Source: Candidatus Dormiibacterota bacterium
GTDB taxonomy: Bacteria; Chloroflexota; Dormibacteria; Aeolococcales; Aeolococcaceae
Direction of reading: 5' to 3'
DNA length: 64,000 nt
Assembly (NCBI GenBank): GCA_036495095.1
Contig: DASXNK010000107.1
Coordinates: 11,042-75,041 of the forward strand
In this document: positions 57,126-64,000 of the stretch, in pieces
How the letters are laid out: each line of letters begins with the position of its first letter
Position numbering within the stretch: the first letter of the stretch is position 1
The notes under the pieces: generated by a model
Seen by the model: the letters and a program-made list of their open reading frames with translations, nothing else
Database searches by the model: none
Told to the model about the DNA's origin: nothing
Position numbers and translations under genes: made by a program

Positions 57126-60100
57126 CGGCCCTCGGCACTCCCGAGGACGTCGAACGACGGCACCACCGGCCCGGCCGTCGTCGTCGCCCGGTCGCGGTCG
57201 GCCAGAACGCTGAGGTGCCATCGTTCGCCCGCCTCGAGCAACTGAAGGGCGTCGAGAGCGGCGTCGAAGCGGACGATGGCCTGGACGCGGGCCGGCCCCC
57301 CCTGCGCCAGCAGGGCGCGCCCGTGGAGCTGGTGCGCCTCGGCCACGTCCCAGGGGAGTCCCTGGCGGCGAAAGCCGTCCACCGCTTCCGAGAAGAGGTG
57401 CGTGGCCTCACCCATGCGGCCGTCGGTGGCGAGGATCGACGCCTCGGCGAGGTCGAGCGCGGTGGCGGCGCCTCCCCAGTCCTCGCCGCCGGCGACGATC
57501 GCGCGGCACCGCGCCAGCTGCTCCCGCGCCTGCTCGCTCCTGCCGGTCTCCGCCAGCACGAGGCTGAGCTGGCACCGGCATCGCAGCTCGTGCGGCAGGT
57601 TCTGCTCGCCGTGCCGGGGCAGTGCCGAGAGCAGCTCGACCTCCGCCTCGGCGTGCCGCCCGAGCAGCCGGAGAAGCTCGGCGATCCGGCTCGAGTCGGC
57701 CGCCTCGAACCACCGGTTGCCCGACTGCCGGGCGCGGGCCCGGGAGTGTTCGAGAACCTCCAGGCCCTCCTCCCAACGCCCTTCGGCAAGCGCGAGGAGG
57801 TACTGGGCGTGGAACTGTGCGGAGCGCGGCGGCGGCCCGACGCTCCGGGCCCGGTCGAGAGCACCTCCCAGGACCAGGCCGTAGGCGAGCGCGCTCCGCA
57901 GGACGTCCTGGTGGATGGGACTCGTGGCCGCCCGGGACGAGGCCAGCTCCCGCTCCGCCGACCGCCGGGCCGCCTCGGGGTCGCGCCGGAAGAAGCAGTG
58001 GAGACCGCACAGGACGACCGTGGCCATGAACGCGGGAACCTGATGGCCGGCGGCGTCGGCCGTGTTCCACGCCCGCTCACAGAGCGCCACGCCCTCGGCC
58101 ACCCGCCCGCACATCACCAGCTGGCAGCCGTGGACCGCTGCAGCGTTGGCCCAGAGGACCTCGTTGCCGGACCGCTCGCCGATCAGCATCGACCTCTCCG
58201 AGAGCGCCATCCCCTCCGCCGGGCGCATCCGCCAGGTGGCGACCAGCGCCATGCCGGCGCACAGATATCCGTTGGAGAGGCTCGGGCCACCCGCCGAGAG
58301 CACCGCCTCGGCGGCGCGGAGGTGGGCGTCGGCGAGGTTCACCTCGGTCATCTCGGGGTTGGTGATGTACTGCGCGCCGAGATGCGCATGCATCTTCGCG
58401 GCGCCGGCCTCGTCACCCATGTCGCGGTGGAGGCGGAGCGCCTCCTCCAGGTACTCGGCGGCGGCTGCATAGTCGAGGTTGCTGATGAACATGGCGACGC
58501 CCAGCCGGCGCAGCAACCGTGCGCGCGCCGGTGGATCCGGGTCCAGCTTTGCCAGCAGGTCCAGGGCCGTCCGCCAGTGCAGGATCGCCTCCTCCCAGGC
58601 GAAGACCGTGGCGGACAGGTCCCCAGCCAACCGGGCCCAATGTGCCGCCGTGGATGGGTCGGCGTTGTGGCCCGCCAGCCGGTAGTGGGTCGCGATCTCG
58701 GGGATCCGTGATGCCATCGCGGGTGCGGCGGTCGCCTCGATCGCCTCCGCGGCTCGAAGGTGGGCGCGCTGCCTCCGCGGCGTGCTCAACCCTTCGTACA
58801 GGGCCTGCCGCACCAGCGCGTGGCTGAAGGCATAGCGGGGGTCGGGCCGGTCCTTCACCTCAGCGACCAGTCGACGTTCGATCGCCTCCTCGAGCGCGGA
58901 GATCAGCGGCTCCTCCTCCAGGCCGGTCACGCCAGGCAGCACGGCGAGGTCGAACTGGCGGCCGAGGACGGAGGCGTGGGCGAGCAGCGAGCGGCACCCC
59001 TCGGAGAGCCGCGAGAGCCGTTCCCCGATCACCTCGCGCACGCTGGCGGGGATCCCGGCTCGCTCCACCGAGTGGACCGGGACGTCACATCCGGATCCGC
59101 TGGCGATGCTGCCGGTCTCGAGCAGGTGACGGATGACCTCCTCGAGGAAGAACGCGTTGCCCTCGGTCTCGGAGTGGATCGCCGAGACCAGCGCCTCGCT
59201 CGCCTCACCTCCGGCGAGCGCGTGGATCAGCGTGGCCACGGAGCCGCGGTCGAGCCCCGCCATGGAGATCCGCTCGACGACCTGCCGCCGGCGGAGAGCG
59301 GTGAGGGTCTCTACGAACGGATGGGTCCGGGCCAGGTCGCTGTCGCGATAGGTGCCGAGCACGAGCAGGGACGATGGCACCGGTGACTGCAGAAGATGCT
59401 GCAGCAGCTGCAGGGTGGGACGATCCGACCAGTGGAGGTCGTCGAGCACGAGCACCATCGGTGTCAGCGACGAGGCGCCGACCAGGGTGGACACCACCGC
59501 CTCGAAGAGGCGGTAGCGCTCGATCTCGGGGTCGCCGCTGCGTGGTTGCGGTTGGCCTGCGAGGCGGTCGCAGAGCTCCGGGATCAGGCGCGCGACCTCC
59601 CAGGCGGCATCGCGATGCTGCAGCTGCAGATCCTCGGCGGGCACGTGGGAGAGGTGGTGGCGGAGCGCCTCGGTGAAGGGCTGGTACGGAGTCTGGGTCG
59701 CCTCGTCGCAACGACCATAGAGCACGGTGCCGCCCCCGGCGTGCACCGAGGTCGCGAACTCGGCGGCCACCCGCGTCTTGCCGATGCCCGCCTCGCCGGC
59801 GATGAGCACCAGGCGCCGATCGCCATTTCGTGCCCGAGCCCAGGCGGCGTGCAGCAGCGTGAGCACGTCGCGGCGCCCGACGAACGGCGTGTCGGCGCCG
59901 GCGGCGAGCGACATCGGCGAGGGAGCCGGGAGGCGCGGCTCCCACACCACCTCCGCCAGAGCGATGGGCGTGCGCACCCCCCGGATCGACCGGATGCCGA
60001 GCCCTCGGAAACCGTGGCGTCCACGCGGCTCGGCGAGGTTGCGCACCAGGTCCGAGGCGATGATCTGGCCCCCGTCGGCGATGTCGCAGATCCGTTTGGC

Positions 60101-60460
60101 GATGTTGACCGATGCCCCGAAGTAGTCGTCCTCGTCCCGAATCGGCTCGCCGATGTGCAGCCCGATGCGCACCTCGAGTGGGTGCCCACCGGGTTGACAG
60201 TTGTGCCGGTGCACCGCCTGCTGCATGGCGACGGCGCAGGCGACAGCATCGAGCGCCGACCCGAAGGCGACCATCAGTCCGTCGCCCACCTGCTTCACCT
60301 CCTCGCCGCAGCCGTGCGAGACCACCGCACGGAGCAGACGATAGTGGGCGCGGCGCACTCCCTCTGCGACCTCGTCTCCCAGACGGTCGTAGAGATCCGT
60401 CGACCCCACGATGTCGGTGAAGAGCAGGGTGACGGTTGCGCCCCTCCGCACGGACACCAT
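57122..60460 (-). CDS. Multidomain signalling protein: class III adenylyl/guanylyl cyclase domain + STAND/AAA P-loop NTPase + TPR repeats
   Basis: N-terminal CHD (LLFTDIVGSTDL...GDGLMVAFG), Walker A LIAGEAGIGKTRV, then ~700 aa of helical/TPR-like repeats. 1112 aa. No C-terminal LuxR HTH is visible. Confidence 0.85.
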   Translation of the reverse strand: MVSVRRGATVTLLFTDIVGSTDLYDRLGDEVAEGVRRAHYRLLRAVVSHGCGEEVKQVGDGLMVAFGSALDAVACAVAMQQAVHRHNCQPGGHPLEVRIGLHIGEPIRDEDDYFGASVNIAKRICDIADGGQIIASDLVRNLAEPRGRHGFRGLGIRSIRGVRTPIALAEVVWEPRLPAPSPMSLAAGADTPFVGRRDVLTLLHAAWARARNGDRRLVLIAGEAGIGKTRVAAEFATSVHAGGGTVLYGRCDEATQTPYQPFTEALRHHLSHVPAEDLQLQHRDAAWEVARLIPELCDRLAGQPQPRSGDPEIERYRLFEAVVSTLVGASSLTPMVLVLDDLHWSDRPTLQLLQHLLQSPVPSSLLVLGTYRDSDLARTHPFVETLTALRRRQVVERISMAGLDRGSVATLIHALAGGEASEALVSAIHSETEGNAFFLEEVIRHLLETGSIASGSGCDVPVHSVERAGIPASVREVIGERLSRLSEGCRSLLAHASVLGRQFDLAVLPGVTGLEEEPLISALEEAIERRLVAEVKDRPDPRYAFSHALVRQALYEGLSTPRRQRAHLRAAEAIEATAAPAMASRIPEIATHYRLAGHNADPSTAAHWARLAGDLSATVFAWEEAILHWRTALDLLAKLDPDPPARARLLRRLGVAMFISNLDYAAAAEYLEEALRLHRDMGDEAGAAKMHAHLGAQYITNPEMTEVNLADAHLRAAEAVLSAGGPSLSNGYLCAGMALVATWRMRPAEGMALSERSMLIGERSGNEVLWANAAAVHGCQLVMCGRVAEGVALCERAWNTADAAGHQVPAFMATVVLCGLHCFFRRDPEAARRSAERELASSRAATSPIHQDVLRSALAYGLVLGGALDRARSVGPPPRSAQFHAQYLLALAEGRWEEGLEVLEHSRARARQSGNRWFEAADSSRIAELLRLLGRHAEAEVELLSALPRHGEQNLPHELRCRCQLSLVLAETGRSEQAREQLARCRAIVAGGEDWGGAATALDLAEASILATDGRMGEATHLFSEAVDGFRRQGLPWDVAEAHQLHGRALLAQGGPARVQAIVRFDAALDALQLLEAGERWHLSVLADRDRATTTAGPVVPSFDVLGSAEGR

Positions 60461-60588
60461 TCGACTCCTGCTGATGAAACGAATCGGGTGGAGGGTCCCT
60501 CGAGACGAAACCGATCTGTGTAGGTGCTCTGCTTCCCGTATGGGCCTATACTGGACGAACTCTCAGAAGGGCGCAAGCTGGGCAGGTT

Positions 60589-61155
60589 GTGTCAGATACG
60601 AGACGATTGACCGGCGAGACCGAGGCCATGACCGTGGTCTGCCCGGTGCACCGCTGGGGGCCATTGCAGCTCGGACTGGTGTTCTCGGTCATCCATCTGG
60701 TTCCGGCGCTCCTGCGCAAGCTGCGACGGCTGTCGTTCATCGACTACGCGGGCTGGGGCGTCACCGATCCGCTGCCGTGGGGCGGGCCCGTACCCGGTGC
60801 TCGCCGGCAGGCAAACACCCTTGTGTTCATCAGCAACTTCGACGGCGGCCGTGACGAGTACCTGGCCGAGTTCGCCGAGGCCCTGCGCGTTCGCCTCGGT
60901 CTGGTATGGCTCAGCTCCGTGGGATTCCCCGGCCCATTTCGGCTGACCCCGTTCCAGCGCTCGGCGACCATGTATGACTACGGCGCCGACCACTACTACG
61001 CCGCCCGGCCGACGGCCACGGCGACCGACATCACCCGAGCCCTGGAACTCGAGCGGTCGCTGCTGACGTTCCGTGCGGAGGCCGCCGCCGTCGACGCGGA
61101 CGCATTCCCGGAGCGCTTTCACCGGTTCCTGAGTGAGGTGCAGCGGCTGCTGTGA
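60589..61155 (+). CDS. Hypothetical protein paralogous to the N-terminal extension of the downstream DyP-type peroxidase
   Basis: Shares LVFISNFDGGRDEYL / YDYGAD...ITRALELERSL with the LLYASTFDGTVDAHVEL / GYNATLEDVIRSLELHGRF segments of the 61152 protein. Stop overlaps the next start (GTGA). Confidence 0.45.
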   Translation: MSDTRRLTGETEAMTVVCPVHRWGPLQLGLVFSVIHLVPALLRKLRRLSFIDYAGWGVTDPLPWGGPVPGARRQANTLVFISNFDGGRDEYLAEFAEALRVRLGLVWLSSVGFPGPFRLTPFQRSATMYDYGADHYYAARPTATATDITRALELERSLLTFRAEAAAVDADAFPERFHRFLSEVQRLL

Positions 61156-63185
61156 CGGCGGTCTCGCAACCCCGACGACGGCAGCGGAGGCGGGTCGCTC
61201 TGACGGGAGGGAGGCCGCTTCCGGTGTTCGCCGTCCTCAGTCCCATCAGGGATGACCAGGTGCTGGGCCTGAGGGACTACCTGAGGGGGCTCGGGACCGG
61301 CGAGCACAGCCCCTTCCACCGGATGAACGGGACCATCCACTTCGCGCGGTGGGTGGTCATCGACGACAGCGATCGTCAGCCGGCCCACGATCGCTGCCGT
61401 TTCGTTCAACCCCACCTCCTCTACGCCAGCACCTTCGACGGCACTGTGGACGCGCACGTCGAGCTGCTCCGCACCCTGCTCAGCGACGAGGTCGAGGAGA
61501 CGTGGGGACGGTGCGTGGACGGCCCCCACCCGGGCGACAGGGCGGCGTTCACCGAATACCTGGAGCGGTGCCGGCTGGTCGTCGGCCTGCCCTTCAGTGG
61601 ATACAACGCAACCCTCGAGGACGTCATCCGGAGCCTCGAGCTCCACGGGCGTTTCCGCGAGATGGCCTTCGCCGCCGCCGCGACCCGGCCGGCGTCGCTC
61701 AAGGCGCGGTTCGAGGCGGTCTTCACCGAGGCGATGACACCCACCCGCAGGCCCCGGCCGCGCGCCCGGCGGCCGGCGTGGATCGCGGGCAGGGGACAGC
61801 CGGGCGGGCACAACCCTCCTCAGGGAAACGTGCTGCGACCCTACCGGCTGCCCTTCGCGGTCATCAGCTTCGTCGAGGTGGGCGGGGGGGCTGCGGCCGC
61901 CCGGTGGCTCGCCGAGGTCGGATCGAGGGTGACCTATGAGGACGAGCCGGACCGTCCGCCCTGGGCTCTCAATGTCGGCTTCACCTACCCGGGCCTGAGG
62001 GCACTCGGGTTCGATGACGAGTCGCTCGCCCTGTTTCCAACCGACTTCCGTGAGGGGCCGGTGCACAGGGCCAGGCTCCTCGGCGACGTCGGCGACAGCG
62101 CGCCCCAGTACTGGGACGACGGCACCGGGTCGCCCGACCGCGTGCACGTCATGGTGGCGATCCACGCTCGGGACCAGGAGACGCTGGAGGAGGAGCACAG
62201 CCGTCTGCTCGGTGACATCGACGGCACCGGAGGACAGGTGGTCATCGTCGGCGAGCGGCGGGCGAAGCGGATGCCGGACGGCCGTGAGCACTTCGGCTTC
62301 GTCGACGGCATCAGCCAGCCGCGCATCCTGTCCGGCCGCGGTCGCGTCGGGATGTGGCGCATCTGGCCCTGGCGGCGTGGCCCCAACCCTCGCATCGCGC
62401 TTGGCGAGTTCCTCCTCGGACATCGCGACGAGGGCGGCACCCGGCCGCACGGCCCACCGGGTGCGCTGTCGCACAACGGAAGCTACCTCGTGTACCGCAA
62501 GCTGCAGCAGCACGTGGGCTGTTTCCGTGCGCTGCTGCGCGAGCAGGCGCCGCCGGGCGGCGAGGAGGAGCTCGCCGCCAAGCTGATGGGACGCTGGCGC
62601 GACGGCACCCCGCTGGTGCTCTCCCCGGACGGGCCCGATCCCCTGCGGGCCCGCTCCCCGCGGCTGAGCAACGACTTCGGCTACCGCGGCGATCGGGACG
62701 GCTTCGCATGCCCCATCGGTGCCCACATCCGGCGCGCGAATCCCCGTGACGCCCTGGAGGCGGACAGCTTCCCCCTCCGCCACCGGATGCTGCGCCGCGG
62801 CATCCCGTACGGAGATCCGCTTCCCCCTGACGCGACCGAGGACCGGGAGGAGGGCGATCCCCGGGGCCTGGTGTTCATGGCCTACATGAGCAGCATCGAC
62901 CGGCAGTTCGAGTTCATCCAGACCCGGTGGCTGAACCGCGGTGACGCCTTCAAGCTGGGTCCGGCGAGGGACGTTATCGCGGGTGACAGCAGCTCCGGCC
63001 GCTGGATGGTCGTCCAGGGGCGCCCCCCGCGCCTTCTTCCCGACCTCGCGCCGCTGGTCACCACCCGGGGGGGCGCCTACCTCCTCGTGCCCGGGCGCGA
63101 CGGGGTCGACCACATCGTCGAACACGCGACTGCGGCGGCCAGGTCCGCGGAACAGCAGGCGCGGAGCGGGGCCTCGCCGGGATGA
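61152..63185 (+). CDS. DyP-type haem peroxidase with an additional ~220-aa N-terminal domain
   Basis: DyP motifs HFGFVDGISQP and GEFLLGHRDEGG in the C-terminal 430 aa. An unusual N-terminal extension is paralogous to the upstream gene. Confidence 0.65.
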   Translation: MTAVSQPRRRQRRRVALTGGRPLPVFAVLSPIRDDQVLGLRDYLRGLGTGEHSPFHRMNGTIHFARWVVIDDSDRQPAHDRCRFVQPHLLYASTFDGTVDAHVELLRTLLSDEVEETWGRCVDGPHPGDRAAFTEYLERCRLVVGLPFSGYNATLEDVIRSLELHGRFREMAFAAAATRPASLKARFEAVFTEAMTPTRRPRPRARRPAWIAGRGQPGGHNPPQGNVLRPYRLPFAVISFVEVGGGAAAARWLAEVGSRVTYEDEPDRPPWALNVGFTYPGLRALGFDDESLALFPTDFREGPVHRARLLGDVGDSAPQYWDDGTGSPDRVHVMVAIHARDQETLEEEHSRLLGDIDGTGGQVVIVGERRAKRMPDGREHFGFVDGISQPRILSGRGRVGMWRIWPWRRGPNPRIALGEFLLGHRDEGGTRPHGPPGALSHNGSYLVYRKLQQHVGCFRALLREQAPPGGEEELAAKLMGRWRDGTPLVLSPDGPDPLRARSPRLSNDFGYRGDRDGFACPIGAHIRRANPRDALEADSFPLRHRMLRRGIPYGDPLPPDATEDREEGDPRGLVFMAYMSSIDRQFEFIQTRWLNRGDAFKLGPARDVIAGDSSSGRWMVVQGRPPRLLPDLAPLVTTRGGAYLLVPGRDGVDHIVEHATAAARSAEQQARSGASPG

Positions 63186-63733
63186 CCACGCGGGGCCCGG
63201 ACACACCGCCCAGCGCTGCTCGGTCACGGTCGCCGGCACGACGCGGACCGGCAGGGCTCGGCGTGGCCGTCGTCTTCCTCTGGGCGCTCGCGTTCCAGCT
63301 GCTCGCGCAGGGCGTTGCCGGCCTGTGGGGACGGCTCGGCGAGCACCACGGTGTCACGGGCCTGGCCGCCCGTGTGATCCCGGCCGTGCTGCTCCTGGTG
63401 CTGGGCGAGTCACTGCGACGGGGGAATCACACGGCGCTCTGCATCGACATCGTCCTGCTGTGGCTGGTCGCCGCCGCCGGCCTGCTTCTGGACCTCGCGC
63501 TGGCGATGCGGTGGGTGCCGGTGCACTACCTGCCCTCGATGCTGATCATGGTCACGGTGGCGCCGTGGATCGCCTGGCGCCTCTCGCTGCCGCGGACCGC
63601 GGCATGGTTCGCCGTGGAGGACGGAGGCCGGCGCCGGTGTCGCGCCCCACGCATCGGTCGTTCCTGGGTTCTGGTCATGTTCGGCCTGAGCAGCATCGCC
63701 GGTGTCGCGGTCGCGCTCTCCCAGGCCGCATGA
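63182..63733 (+). CDS. Hypothetical membrane protein
   Basis: 183 aa with four hydrophobic segments. Start overlaps the DyP stop (ATGA). Confidence 0.45.
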   Translation: MTTRGPDTPPSAARSRSPARRGPAGLGVAVVFLWALAFQLLAQGVAGLWGRLGEHHGVTGLAARVIPAVLLLVLGESLRRGNHTALCIDIVLLWLVAAAGLLLDLALAMRWVPVHYLPSMLIMVTVAPWIAWRLSLPRTAAWFAVEDGGRRRCRAPRIGRSWVLVMFGLSSIAGVAVALSQAA

Positions 63734-63769
63734 CCCGCCGGAGCAGCCTGCGGCCGGGGCGCATCGAGC

Positions 63770-64000
63770 TCACGCGACACGGCCGAGGTGGTCACGTCCC
63801 CGCATGCGTGCTGCTCCGGCTCCCACCACCGTCACCTCGGTGGCGGCCCGCCACTCCGGCGCCGCGGGGCCGCAGCCCACGATCAGATACTCGAGCTGGC
63901 CGGCGTTGCTCGGGTCCTCGCGCAGCGCCAGCGCCCGGAGACGAGCCGGTCCCTGTCCGGCGACGGTGACCTCGAACCCCCGGGTGAGCGGCACGATGCC
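63770..64000 (-). CDS. 3' end of a gene running off the window (possible FAD/NAD-binding oxidoreductase)
   Basis: Open minus-strand frame reaching the window edge. A YLIVGCGPAAPE segment hints at a dinucleotide-binding protein. Confidence 0.25.
   Translation of the reverse strand, partial: GIVPLTRGFEVTVAGQGPARLRALALREDPSNAGQLEYLIVGCGPAAPEWRAATEVTVVGAGAARMRGRDHLGRVA

Noticed and set aside
60461-60588. Repeated GAAACGAATCGG / CGAAACCGATC elements upstream of the AC-STAND gene
   Set aside because: The arms are not true inverted or direct repeats on closer comparison. It is probably just the promoter region.

Overview
This is a 64-kb window of a very high-GC (~72%) actinobacterial chromosome. 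The lineage call rests on a mycothiol-dependent isomerase family member, MSMEG_056x-family proteins, GTG/TTG starts and frequent GTGA/ATGA stop-start overlaps. Gene density is high and content looks accessory. I found no rRNA, tRNA, CRISPR, transposase or integrase.

- **Region 2.2-17.7 kb.** Reads like a cryptic small-molecule biosynthetic or catabolic locus.
  - A tightly overlapped minus-strand operon: ArgH-like lyase, an ACC-deaminase/CuyA-family PLP enzyme, a PurB/PcaB-like lyase, a hypothetical protein and a phosphosulfolactate synthase (ComA) homologue.
  - A divergent AIR-synthase-related (PurM-like) gene.
  - Resistance-type genes: an AlkZ-like DNA glycosylase, a PadR regulator and a DrrAB-like ABC exporter.
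  - A partial, nitrilase-less Nit1C / MSMEG_0565-0572-type set: GNAT, radical SAM, GT4 glycosyltransferase and a carbamate kinase.
- **Paralogous secreted proteins.** Two inverted Gly/Ser/Asn-rich secreted proteins flank a MaoC hydratase and a family III CoA-transferase.
- **Efflux.** Two tandem CzcA-like RND pumps are separated only by a 157-aa lipoprotein resembling a truncated membrane-fusion protein.
- **Repair and nuclease genes.** A stand-alone LigD polymerase domain, an HD hydrolase and an HNH protein.
- **Storage/sugar metabolism.** A haem-oxygenase-like iron enzyme, a GT2 transferase and GlgX in one operon.
- **Signalling.** A Crp-family regulator whose start appears displaced by a single-base indel in a G7 run. 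Nearby is a 1112-aa adenylyl-cyclase–STAND-ATPase–TPR protein translationally coupled to an alpha/beta-hydrolase-like protein.
- **Peroxidase.** A DyP-type peroxidase carries an extra N-terminal domain that is duplicated as a separate upstream gene.
- **Smaller features.** A nitrile hydratase beta subunit at the window edge, a lactate permease/oxidase pair, a chromate transporter, PhzF, a molybdopterin oxidoreductase with an FNR-like partner, and several unlisted small ORFs, palindromes and hairpins.
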